NCBI RefSeq assembly: GCF_000181795.1
Contig: NW_003526941.1
Location: 7,501,118-7,565,117, forward strand
Source: Trichinella spiralis
Lineage: Eukaryota
Direction of reading: 5' to 3'
Length of the DNA stretch: 64,000 nt
Shown here: piece after piece, positions 29,202 through 41,900 of the stretch
Numbering within the stretch: position 1 is the first letter of the stretch
How the letters are laid out: each line of letters begins with the position of its first letter
Translations under genes and position numbers: made by a program
Notes under the pieces: model-generated
Seen by the model: the letters and a program-made list of their open reading frames with translations, nothing else
What the model was told of the DNA's origin: nothing
The model's database searches: none

Positions 29202-30326
29202 TCAAATGACGCACAATGCCATTGCGTTGAATTCGACACTGTTCTCTTCAGCCAAAAGGATGTCGACAAATTGTTTGCAGTGGAACATTGTTGTGGCGAA
29301 AAAATTGTCGCCCGCGACTGGTCCCAAATATTCAGGACCACTTTTGCGACCGTCTAATATTTTGAAAATATGCACAACATATATTGGGGTTTCTTTTTCC
29401 TTTAAAAATAAAACGCAAACATATACATACCCAAACGATAAAGCCTTTTGCCCACTTCGACGTAGCACACAAAGTGCAACGGAACGTTGGCGTCAGATTC
29501 GACTGGCTGCCAAAAAATATTACAAAATGAAAATCAATCATTGGAGGGAAACAAGAGAAAGGAGCAAATGAAATACCTCACTGTCACCTGAGTTTCCGTA
29601 TACTTGGCACAATTGATTAAACATCTGTAAAATGAAATAAATGTCCATGCAGAGAAAATGAAAAGTAAAAAGTGCACAATACCCGGTCTTTAGATAAGTA
29701 TCGCCCTCTTTCATCCGGTGTAAAGTATCGAGAATTTTTCAAGAAATTATGCATCCAGCTAGTTTTCGTAGCTTCAAGAGATGAAAATTATATTGTACAA
29801 TTTACTATCAGTTGAAGTTGAAGTGAACAAACAACACGAAATACAGACAATTTCCCCCGTTTGAAAAAATTCAAATTTACCCAACGTTTCATCTTTGATA
29901 ACGTTGCTCAGAGCGTGCATTATAGCTACAGGACCGCATGAATTTTTCACCTTCTGCTTGATGAATACAACTTGTTTGAGAATTTCATCTTCCGGCGAGT
30001 CACTTCGACCATTTCGTTCAACCTATTCGAAAAGTTGCATATCAAGTGCACAAAACTTGGGTTTCAATTATCATTACCGCGGTAGTTTGCATCGGATAAA
30101 GGAGAAAAATCGCCACCGCTTTGCCTGGCAAATATTGTTCACTTTCGACGTCCAGTGAAAATATGTCGGCACATTTCCAACGTTCACATTCGGTCAAATC
30201 GCTCACAAATGATGCAATAATCTAAAATAGTCAGATTGCATGATTTCAATGTCAAAATGAGAACTATCGTACGTCTGGGTTGGATTCAAATGGAGGACAG
30301 GTAACTTCGTCATCCATTAGCGCCAT
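29202..30326 (-). CDS. Ubiquitin C-terminal hydrolase, peptidase C12 (UCH-L1/L3-like, divergent), 7 exons
   Basis: Spliced translation gives PFESNPD, DIFSLD, AIFLLYP, IKQKVKNSCGPVAIMHAL (oxyanion Gln, catalytic Cys), LHFVCYV (His), LYRL|DGRK (Asp), VEFNAMAL. Confidence 0.9.
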
Positions 30327-31314
30327 TCCGTTCAGCAACGAGAGAGAACTGAGAAAGAAAAATTCACTCGACTTGACAACGCACCACAGCTACCGTGTTT
30401 GAGATTATCAAGAAGAAACACTTGTTCCATTTTCAAGCAAAATATTATCGAATTAGTTTGAATAAATTTAAATTAATTTCAGCCAAAAAATGAAAATTTC
30501 TAACTTTCTTTGTTGTTTCCACTTCTGATTATAAAATATAAAAACATCATACTGTGCATAACAAATAAATGATCGTTTTGACACAGACGATAGATAAATT
30601 TAACTAAATTATCACATATAAATAAAGTCCATGGAAATTCATCTAATTTTTTAACCGCCCAAACTCGCTCTCTTTCTCTCTCTCTCTTAATCACAAATTA
30701 TTATTTATCAAAACAATTCTACATGAATATTTTAACAACTTTGAAAAAAATTAAAAAAAAAACTTTTTCAAAATAATTTTCAATTTTTTCAATTCAAATT
30801 CAATGCAACTTTTTCAATTCGCTATATTCTTTTTTTCTAAAAATACTAATTTTACAAAAAAATAAATTAATTTAAAATTTATTTAAAGTTGACATTAAGT
30901 TTTTTTTTCATTTTAAAACAACAAATAAAAAACTAAAAAATACACGAGTGACCTATTTAAATCAATTTCAAATTACGGTCGCATCCTGATGGCAGTGATA
31001 TAAATAGTGAAAGTGCGCCAAAGTGGCGCATTCCGGTTTTCCGCAGCAGTGCCGAGTGGTGTTGGTGGTAAGTTGTTAATTTTTCTGTCGTTCATTTTCC
31101 AAATTCTCACAGTCGAAGGTTTTTTTTTTCATGCTAATTTAAAAATAAAATTTCAATTCAAATTTTTAAAGTTGATTCTTTTTCCCCCATTTGTTTTTTT
31201 TTCTCTTCACACTGGCATGGATAGAGTAAAAATTCATTTTCTTTTTAAAAAAAGAATTCTTATTTAAGTTTTCGTCACGGTCAAAAAGAAAAATATGAAT
31301 AAATACGTCTAATA

Positions 31315-31340
31315 TATTATTATTATTATTATTATTATTA
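31315..31340. repeat. (ATT)n microsatellite
   Basis: Directly visible; similar runs near 57333-57353 and 60878-60899. Confidence 0.85.
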
Positions 31341-31666
31341 AACATGCCTGTACAAAAGAAAAAGAAAAAATACTGCAAAATGGGAAGACGACTAGCGTGT
31401 GAATTTGATTTCTTTTTCAGTGTCTTCGTTTCAATAATGCGTCTCTTGGCCACTGGTGGGTTGTTCTTTTTGATCAGCAACCGAAATGCAAATTTGGACG
31501 CCACCAACGACAAGATGTGATAACAATAATAAATAAATGATGATAGCCGATATATATGTATATATATATATATCACAGTGGTTGTTGTTAGCAGCATATT
31601 TCTCTCTCAGCTTGAGAAAAGGGAAATTTTCAAAGCAAATAAAGACAAAGAAAAAAAGAAAAAAGA

Positions 31667-34600
31667 TCATGCGTCATCGTTTTGGTTCAACTTTTCCGAT
31701 TCGTGCTGTTTCTGGGCAGCGTTTCTGGACCGTCTGGACCCGTTGAAAAGACGCTTGGACGACAAGCGTGGTATGTAACAATTTCTTTGAGAATGGTCAG
31801 CCACGGCCGGACAGCTCACCTTTCTCGACGATCCGTTGGGCAACAGTTCCACGCCGGCCGCGCTGGCCAGACGGGCGGCCACTGGATCTCGAAGCAGACG
31901 GCTTTCACCGATCTGCGCCACTTTGGCCGCCATCCTGCTTCTGCTACCCACCGTCGTCGACACTTTGCCAATGTCGTTCATGAAATTTTTCAAACGACGA
32001 TTCATCACTTCCCTCATTGTTTTCGGCGCCTGCTGCTGCTGCTGTACTGTTGGTTGCTGTTGCTGTTGATTGTTTATCGCCGGATCGGTGTAAGCTTTTT
32101 TGGAAACGTTGACAGTGGCGCTAGTGGACGGTTGTGGTTCCAAATTCATTTTCTGGTCCATCGGTCCACCCTGGATTTTTCCTGTCGCGCTTGAAGTCGT
32201 CAATTCAGCAACCGGACCGTCGTTTCGCAACGACAGAGGGCGCTGCTGCTGCTTCGTTCTCGACGCGACGCTTTCGCCGAAACCTCGTTGAATGCAAAAC
32301 GCTTCCAGTTCGCGACGGTGCTTGGCCACCGTGTCGGCAATCAAACGATCCATCTCTTTTTTCTGTCTGGAAAAAATGCAAATTTTTGAAAAAAAGAATT
32401 GAATTTTCCATTCGTTCTACCTGGACAGAAGTTGTTTCAAGGCGTTGGTTGTTTGCAGCATTTGCCTTTCCAATTCTATTTTTTCCTACAAAATGAAATG
32501 AAGCACCAGTGAAAAAAAATTTGAATACACACACCGAAATTTGAATAACACTGTTGCCTACTTGTTGTTGTTGACCTCTAGCGACACCGGACGACTCTTT
32601 TAAAGCCGGATTGGTGGTGTTGGGGGCCGCTGTGTCGACGAGCTTGGCGGCAACCGGTGGCTCGGACCGTGCAGTAGTAGTTCTCCCACCAGCAGCAGCA
32701 GCAGCAACAACAACAATCGGAGCAGAAGCAGAAGATGACGACGTTTGTTCTACTGTAGCAGCAACAGTGTTGGCGTTGTTGCTGTTGTTGGCACCGCCGC
32801 CCCCGCTGCCGTTCGACGGCTCTCGCTTCAAGTCGATGAGCTTGCAGAGTTCCTTGGCCAGTTGACCAATGTCCGCGACCGGCGGTCTCACTTCGTCCGC
32901 GCTGCGGTGAATCGCGGTGGGCACGGACTTGGCGTTGCGCAGTTGCTCTTCGGTAGCGCCGGCCGCCGACTGAATTCCAGCGGTGACCACTGTCCGGTTG
33001 TCCGTTTTGGCGACGAGATCGGTCGACAAGGTCGGCAGCGAGCGTTCCTGCTTCAGGTGGGCGTTGCCTTGCGCCGCCGTCACGTCCTCTTTTTCGGCAA
33101 CTGTTTTCGACAGCTCGCTGGCAGCCACACCCGCCGCCGCTGCCGCCATCGTTGCCACCTCGACTGGCTGGGCTTTGTCCTTCGGCACTGCGCTCGCCGA
33201 CCCGTCTTGCTCTTTGACTGGCTCGCCGACGCCCGCCGCCAACTCGACGGTCGCCCTTGGCTGCAAACAAGCCTCGCCGCTTTCGACTTGCCGTTTGTTC
33301 GTCGACAGCTGGTCATTGTCCACTTGTGAATGACCATCGTCCGCCGGTTCCGAAGTGATTTTCGACGACGTTCCACATGCGGAAGTCGAACTGCTGCAAC
33401 AAGTGGCGGCGGCAGCAGTTTCGTTCGACTTGGCACCGGCCGGCGGGTTCTGTTTGGTCGACTCAGTTTCGACCACGTTGTCGACTAATAACTTGCTCTT
33501 CTGAAACGGAAAACAGTGAAAAAAGAGAACACAAAACAACCTCGCCCCTCCCCCTTCTCGGTGGTAAATTGGAACCTGAGTTCTGGATGACTGTCGAGAT
33601 AAATTGGCGCCAGTGATCGTCGACGAGCAGCGCATCGCTTCGGGGAAGTCGGGCAAACTGACGCTGAGCGGAAACGTCGGCGGATACGAGTCGGTCACTT
33701 CGGCAGTGCTTGGATTGGAATGGGAAGCGCCGGCCGCGCCGGCGATCACTTTCAAAGCCAGTGTGTTGCTAAGCGACTGCTTCTTCTTCATCTCGGGCTT
33801 CTTGAACATGCCGTAAGATACTTGCTTGAAAATGAACAGCATATTTTGCATTAATGGCAAAGGAAAATTTTGTTCACTTTGGCAACCAACTTCTTTTTCA
33901 CTTGTCGACGAACTGTTCACTGACGAACCGGCACGCGTCGCCGACGGACTACGGTCGTTGTCACTCAACACCAAGCCGGACAAACTTTCCGGATCCCCTT
34001 TCAACACTTCAACCACCTTTTCCAACTGACCACTGCATATGGTGGCCTGCTTTTCGTTGATATACGACTTTCCCACCTGCAATTTCAACAATATGCACAA
34101 CTGTATTGTATTGTATTGTTGTGAAATTTCATACAAATGCTTCGGCAATATATTGAGGATTGTCTCCGACTGGGGCGAACTGAAATTTTATGCTTTTGTT
34201 TTGCGTATCCAACTGGCAGCTGATCACCTGAACCAATACAACATTATCATCACAAAGAGAGAGAGAGAACAAACACAATATCCCACACGTACAGGCTGCG
34301 CTTCTTCGTGCGTCACGTTCAATACTTTCAAAGTTAACCCGTCTTTTTTGTGTCGTTGCGACTTTTTCTTCGTCAGTTCATCGACCACTTCTTGCAACCC
34401 GCCAGATTTTGAATCACTGCTGGCACTAATCATCAAAGCAAAAAAGATATTATCATCACCAGGGTAAGTAAATTTTTCTTTTATTTTAATATAATAATAC
34501 TTCGATTCTGCTGTTTTCAATGTTTCCATTGTTTGTGGTTCTGCTGTAGTTGTTTTTCCACTTGTTGTTGCTGTTGATTCGTGATTCGTGTTAGGTGCAA

Positions 34601-37600
34601 GTTCAGCTTTTGTTTCCGTAGCATTTGTAGCACTAGTCTGAAAGACAAAAGTGTTCGTTCGTAAACTTTTCATTATAATGAGAACATGTACAGATGTAGT
34701 AGGCTCGTTAATAGCTACTGTCGGTTGTACGGGCGGTTTAATATCTTCGTCAGCTCTTTCCATCGTTTTAGCACTTTCGTAACCCTGTAATAGTAGTAGT
34801 AGTAGTCAATGAATACATGTCACAATTTGAAAAAGAAATTTAATGAGTGAGCTATGACTATATACCGATTCACAACTCTGCTTTTCCGCTTGTGGTTTAA
34901 CAACAGTCACTGCTTCCTGTAAAATCAAAAACGTATATTAACTCTTTTTTCTTACATACATTTGCATTTTTAACAAATCAGCTATACCAATATTGGTGGT
35001 GGTGGTGGTGGTGGTAAATTTTTAACTTGTTCGGTGCGTTCTCGTTGTTGTAGTTTCTTCAAAAAAAAATTCAACAAAAATCATTGAATAAGTTAGAGTT
35101 CAGCGTTTGATTAATGCGTTTTACTTGTTCGTCGTCATTTTTTGGATGGTCAATTTTCTTTTCTTCTGCATTACTTTTATGTTCTTCTACAGTACTAGTC
35201 TGTGATAACAAATTAATTAATTAATGCAAGATAACACATCAGTTGCAAAATAACAAACAACACAGTATGAAATAAAAACAAACGAAACTAACCACCATGC
35301 AAGAGCTTTGCTGTTCGACCTTTCCGTTATCTTCCACTTTTGGCTTCGTCAATTCCTCTTGCACTTTAGGCTCTTCGGTCTGCTTCTGCTGCTGCTCTTG
35401 AGCTTTGATTCGTTCTTTCTCTTTTTGATACAATTCGCGTGCTTTGGTTATTTGGACAATTTTATCTTGCAGCAGTTTCCCAATTGTCCGTGCATCTTCT
35501 TCAATAACTAGGTGACATTTGACCTGAAATTTTCCTCGAATAAAATTACCTTCGTAAAATCGAATAATTTCAACAGTTCAACCATATCCTTGACCACGTC
35601 TTCAGTTTTATCCATTTGCAAATTGAATGGAAATTGTATGGCTTCATTTTCTTTCTGCTTGTACTCTTTGCGTTTTTTCGCGTCCAAAACACGAAGCAAA
35701 AGTTGAATCTTCAAATAAATCAAACAATTTCTTAAACAAATTTCCGGAAAAAATGTTCCAACAGTTGCAATACTTCGTTGTTTGTGGTGGAGATGACAGC
35801 GTCACGGTCTTTGATTTCAATGCGCAGACCGATCAATTCTTCAGGCATGAAAAAGTTGTGAATCAACAAATCTCTGGCTGTGTATCTGCAAGCAGTATAC
35901 AAACAAATTATTGAAGCATTTTTGCTGAAATGCAAACACAATCGTCAAATAAACAGACCGTTCTTCGGGGCGTAGTCGGGTGCAACGATCGATAATTTCT
36001 CTCATATCAGGACTGTCGGTTGGTATTTTTTCAAAGCACTGCGGCTTCTGGCCCTGAAAAATGAACAAAACCAGCTCAGCTCAACTCAGCTCAGATCATC
36101 AATACAGATCTCCTTCAACGCATACTTGAATAACTTTTTTGTATATGTGAGCCGGAAATTGACATTCTGAATACGGATATTCGCCGGTGATCATCTCCAG
36201 CATGCACATACCGAACGCGTACACGTCCACGCTCTCATCGTAATTTTCTTCGTACATTTCTGGCGCCATGAACTCAGGCGTGCCTGAGAGTAGAAAAATA
36301 TAGCAAGACACTGGTGAGCCGACGTCCAGTCGATTGGCTCGCCGAGCGCGCACCTATCACGCTCTTTGGACACGATTTATCCTTGAGTGTGGCCAAGCCC
36401 AAGTCACCAATTTTCACCGAACCCGTGGTACCAGTGATGAAGATGTTGTCGCACTTCAAATCCCGATGAATTACTGGTGGATCTCTGGAATGGAGGAACG
36501 CGAGCCCTTTCAAAATTTGTCGGCACCACGACTTTAACACTTTGACGTTGATTTTTTTGAATCGCTTGATATACCTTGAATATAACTTAATCATATTATG
36601 CAATCAAGCAAACAGTCATTCAATCCAATATTTACAATTTCAATGTGCCAGATGTCATCAGTTCTGTAACAAGAACTATGCATTTTCTTTTACCGGCATT
36701 GATTTCCCAGAAGTCGTAAAAGCGAACAATATTCGGGTGTGTTAACGTTTTCAGCATCTTCGCCTCTTCGCGGAATCGCTGCCGCTCGGCTTTGCTCAGC
36801 TTGGTCTCCTTAATCAAGTTCTGTTTAACGTTCAGCAATACTTACGACAAGCTTGACTGCTTTCCAGATAGAACAACTAACTAGCAATCCATTTCGTCAG
36901 AAGTGAAGCCTTTTCGTTGATAAAAAAAATTCTCCGACTGTGAAAAAAAATACTTACAGTATATGACAATCAGGTTACTTAACGAAAGAGGGAAAAGTCT
37001 TCAGTCTCATACCATGTTTGCATAGTTCAGCATTTTTAACAGCATAATACATGCACTGCTTTATTACTTGATCGCACTGGTGATACTTCTATCACAAAAA
37101 GCTAACGACTAAGAACTCACTTTCAGAAAAATAGGCAAAACGAAATCTGAGTGAATTAATCGATCCACTTGCCTTAATCAACGAAGACGCAAAAGTGAAT
37201 AGAAACTTACCAACAAAAATATCGACGAGAAAACTAATTTAAGAAAATAAAAGAACTACCAGCACAACTGACTACAACCACTGAAGAGAAGATATATCAG
37301 GGGGACATTGTGTTTCAACTTTAAGCTTCAAGAAAAACGAATTAAGATGACAAACTGGAATGAACTGTACTGCTACTTTATGAGTTCTCGATTAGCTTGA
37401 AAAGCTCAAAAAAACATACTGTTGCTTTGTTTCTTCGATTCATCTAGAGGATCGATTTAAAAAAAAATTCATGCAAAAGCAGCAGATTACAGTCACTATT
37501 GCTGGCAGCAATGTCATCATGAATGAGGAGAATGTGACTTGATGTACCGTTTTGCAATATAAAAAGTCTTTCTTCTTTTCAAACTTTTCACGTTAAAGAT

Positions 37601-38950
37601 TTCCAAAAGCCATAGTCAAGAATTTACTGTAAACACAGTAGACCGACAGACTTGTTTTTGTTTGCTAAACGATAAGCACAGCTGCCCGCCACCGGCACAT
37701 GTTTATTCAACGTTACGAAAGAGAGAGTTGCTAATTCAGTGCTAAACAAGAATCAACTATTGAAGAAAATGATAGTCCGTTCTAATCTTCTATTCTGACA
37801 ATTGTTTTCTCATGCATATTATAGTAGGTAGGTTAAAGAATATTAAACAGGAACAAATGCGGCAATGTTCTCATGACCACTGCGCGTTTCTGTCGTCAAC
37901 AAATGTCATTCCCCTCTGCGCACAGGTTGACTATACACAATTTATGGAAACGTCAGAATTCCATTCACTTCTAGAGATGACTGATTGTCTATCATTTCGA
38001 CGGATTAGAAAACTTTGAAAATTGTTTCACAGAGTAGATAGATAAAAAGTTGTTAACGTAACTTGTGTTGATATATTTCTACACGACGTTCGTCGGTGAT
38101 TACTGTTCTTTCGAAGTGAAACATCAATTTCAATAGATAAATATAATAAGAAACATGTTGAGCATGTGCATATCGTCACAATCCAATTGGAATAATAGAT
38201 AGAACTGATGATAAAAGTTGGACAAAATTAAGATGAACACAATCGCTAAATTTTTTTTACCTGCAACTCGCACCAAGCAACAGAAACACCGCTTTCTGTA
38301 TCCAAACCACGAAAGACAGTCTTGAAAGAGCCACGTCCAATTTCCTCTTCGAATTTCAAAAATCGACCATCAACAGACTGGTCAATTGCCTTGTCCTCGA
38401 GCAATTCCGATTCTTCTTCTTTGGAAAGTTCAGTCTCGGCCACATCTTCACCTTCGTCAGAAAAATGGCTAATGTCCAACAATTCAGACGAACCCGATAA
38501 AGAATGATAGCGCCTGCTTGCATCGAACTGAGGAGAATCTGATGATTTTTCGCCAGACGCTTGGCGGATACGTTGATTGCGCTGCCATACCCGACGTCTT
38601 TGTAATATTTTTTTACCCCAGTCCGCTTCTAGCAGTCTCAGTCGGCTTTTCTCTTCGGCGCCGAAAAAATCTTCACTAATTATAGCCGGAGTCTCCATCT
38701 CTTTCAAAGCAAACTTTCGTTGCCTTCGTTCCAGGCGGCATGGCAGTGCCGGAGAACTGTCTCCTGTTTTCGTTTCAACCGTATTAGCCGAATCATTGGA
38801 CGGACAACAGGCTCTTGTACATGCTGGCTCCATTTCACCCGTTCCAGCTGACGACGAAGATGCCCGTGTACCGTCATTAGATGACTTCTTGTCCTCTTTC
38901 GGCGCTTCATCTGGGGGCTTTTTTCCACTAGAACCGTCGTTCACTTGCAT
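31667..38950 (-). CDS. WNK: WNK (with-no-lysine) Ser/Thr kinase, multi-exon
   Basis: [12 protein letters not shown] (Lys in subdomain I) and VAWCELQ (Cys in subdomain II) are the WNK signature. Also [29 protein letters not shown]; autoinhibitory/CCT-like AIQFPF; second CCT-like domain about 34340-33990; C-terminal coiled coil [15 protein letters not shown]…KHRRELEAF. Confidence 0.96.
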
Positions 38951-41900
38951 AACTGATAAGCAGCAGTATGCGAGCAATATTGACGGCCTAGAATTTCCAA
39001 CAACGGTAACCCAGCGAAGAATTGGTGAACAATTCGACGGTGAAGTGAAACCGCAAGACGACCACAGACACGTCTAAGCTAAGAAAGGAGCACCGCTAAT
39101 ATTGGATACGTTACTATTCGCACCGCGGGTTGCCCTTCGGCGACAATTTCCTCGAAGAACAAGCTACAATTACAACGTAAAGCTTGAATATTACCTATTG
39201 ATGCGAAATCGATCCACGTTCACGCGTAGCGCGGCGTAAATAAAAGTAAAAAAAACTTCAATGAAAATGCTCGCAACGCTTCGATGATTTAGCAACCGTC
39301 CAGGTCGACAGCAGAGGGCCGTCACCGGCCAGCTACAACGACCGCCTGATGTGTAGAAACGGAAACGACCGTATGACGTAAATGATTTTCAAGTAACTTT
39401 GACATACTGTGTATTGATCGACCTGTGTCATTGCGGAGGTGCGACGGTGTTGCCCACGGCGCGGAAAAATCGAACATTCAAAAAGATGGAAAACAATGAT
39501 GGCGTTATTGTTGACTGTTATTTTTCTTCGTTGTGATTATCATCGTTCTATTATTCATAATATGAGAGAACAATCCTGGAGATCAATGAGTGCTGTGACT
39601 AGCAGAAGAAACCTCTGCACATATGGCGAGCAACCGTTTGGATGATGCTTTGCTTGATATGAGCTGAAGCTGTTCACGCTTGTCAGTTGGATTGGCTTGG
39701 TGAATGGCTGCCACTGATCACAGCGCCGTCTGTGTTCTGCAATAAGTTCCATTTAGAGAAAAGAAACACATAAATGCCGTTGTTTATAGCGTAGGGTAGA
39801 AAACAATGTGGGTATTATAAAAAAAAGAACCATTTCTGTGATTTTAATCACCGTCTGACGGTTATAAGTGTAACGCGACACTTTTTTTTGGTTTTGTCAT
39901 TCATGTCTACCACGCAAATACCACGCGAACAAACAGGAACATAGACAGCTATTACATTTCCGTTGAGATAGCGTAATTGATTTCTCAGGATGATGAGTCA
40001 GTCGTTGAGGCGAGAGCGTTATTCTGCTTTTTTTCTGTCTTAACATTTACCTGGCTCTCACACGCTTTTCGTAGGGCATGTGTTCAATGAGGTTGTCATT
40101 AATGATAATACATGTGCTGGTCAAAGTTATATCGAGGTCAGCTTTAGTGTTTTGGACAATAGATTAGCAGTAGGATAAAAGTGAGACAGACCTGTAAAGC
40201 ACACCCATGTGAACAGATTTATTTGTTGAGCAATAATTTTTCCACTGATCAAATAATATCTACAATACGTGACGTTGTTTTACGAGTTTTCAATCAAAAT
40301 TGAAAGGGGCTTTTATTTTCATTGTCTTGATCTGTGATGTATTTTTCCAATTAATATTGTCATCATTATTATCAGTACGTTCAGCTGTAATGTTTTTTTC
40401 AACACAAAGCAAAAATATAATTGTTGATAGTGATGATGTAAAATATTGGTGTTGTTGTTGTTGTTTTTTTGAAAAATGCTCTGCTTTATTTCGTCTAACG
40501 GGCACTGACGGATATTTTATTTGGGGTAGATGAGTCAGTTGTGACGAGTTAATGCGTAGTCATAGACTTTTCAGTGACTGCTTTGTAAACTATGTGTAGT
40601 TGTAGTGTATTGTTAATCGAGAACGTGGGAGCATTTTTCATGAATCACAAGGAACAATGAGAGTTTAAACTGTTCATAAATATGATTTAATATTGTTTGG
40701 AAATTCGGTGTTGCCCGATGCTGACTTTTGTAATGGGAAGAAAATGAAATTGGTTTGTTTATGCGTAAAAATACAAAAGAAGAGAAAGATTGCTGCTTGG
40801 TAGAGAAGATTCATTTACGCTGAAGTTCATTGTGAAGATAAAATATTTTCACAACACTTGAAATATGTTGGTGCAATGATGACAAATTGAAAACTTGAAT
40901 AGTTTTCTAAATTTAAATTACAAGCCGAAAAAGCCAATTTCTGAAAGTAAAATGAAAAATCGGTTCGTTTCACCTGTGGGAAGGAAACGATATCAATCAT
41001 AATGAAGAAAGCTGACAAAACCAGTGTTTTAACTTTCTAAATATGGCACTTGTATGAAATCATTTTCCTGCATTTACTAAAATTATTGACATTTTTTTCG
41101 TCCAGTAATTCTAGTTTCTTTAGTGTAGTTTTTTCTTACATGTCATAAACAATGCTACTGCTGCTACACTTGTGGAAGCGAACAATGCTTTCTTTATTGG
41201 TCGGTCGGTCGGAGGCGGTTTGAGGTTTAAATCGAAACGGAGCAACTTTATTTTTTCCTTAAAATTGTTTAAAATTTAAAATAATATTTTGTCACGGATC
41301 CAAAATATACGAATGATGGTCGATTGATTTGCTTATAAATTATTGTTATTTTTTGCTTTTCTATTCAAATAACTCTTGGCAAAATAGTTGATTTGAATTA
41401 TCTATATCTCGACTCTTGGAAGAAGGAAATGTCACTTCTAAATATCAATTTTAATCGTTTATCAGTATTTCACTCAATTATTAATTGAAATGCAGATTGA
41501 TTTCCAATACATATTTTCTTTTCTACGGTTTGCTCATCTTTTGGTTCTCTTAGTTGAGATTTTTTCAAAAAAAAACAAAACGATGTTGTAAATGTTGTGG
41601 TCTTTTCTCCCATTGGAAAAGCAGAAATGAATTATTATGATCAGCCAAAAAATAATACTGCTTTTATTGTGGAAATGTAGTTTGGTGTTGAACAATTTGT
41701 TTGTCGAATGTTAAGTTTTGGCACAGCGTGCAAAGCAGTCTGGCTAGCGAGTGGCATGCATGCAGCACGCATGTCTGTGAAGAGAATGTATGGAATAATA
41801 TTATTATGCTCATCATTTCTCTGAAGACTTCTCCGTTTTCTGATTTTTGCAAAGTATTGCAGAAAGAAACTGGGTCAACAGCTGTTCACGTGACGCTTCT

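Noticed and set aside
29202..29216. Prenylation signal at the UCH C-terminus
   Set aside because: The protein ends LCVI with Cys third from the end, so it is not CaaX.
31682..34060. Many overlapping + strand and alternative-frame ORFs
   Set aside because: Shadow ORFs of GC-rich, low-complexity WNK exons; no motifs.
32205..34148. 647-aa ORF as a standalone gene
   Set aside because: It is WNK exons read through short stop-free in-frame introns (e.g. 33890-33825, 33575-33501), and it leaves the true frame near 32560.
39638..39722. Possible box C/D snoRNA (GATGATG…CTGA…CTGA)
   Set aside because: Box C is imperfect, there is no clear terminal stem, and the apparent rRNA complementarity is only about 9-10 nt; an Infernal or snoscan run would be needed.
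41195..41260. GTTTGAG|GT…GAAAC resembling the SL1 RNA exon-intron junction
   Set aside because: The leader part does not match and no Sm-binding site follows; probably chance.
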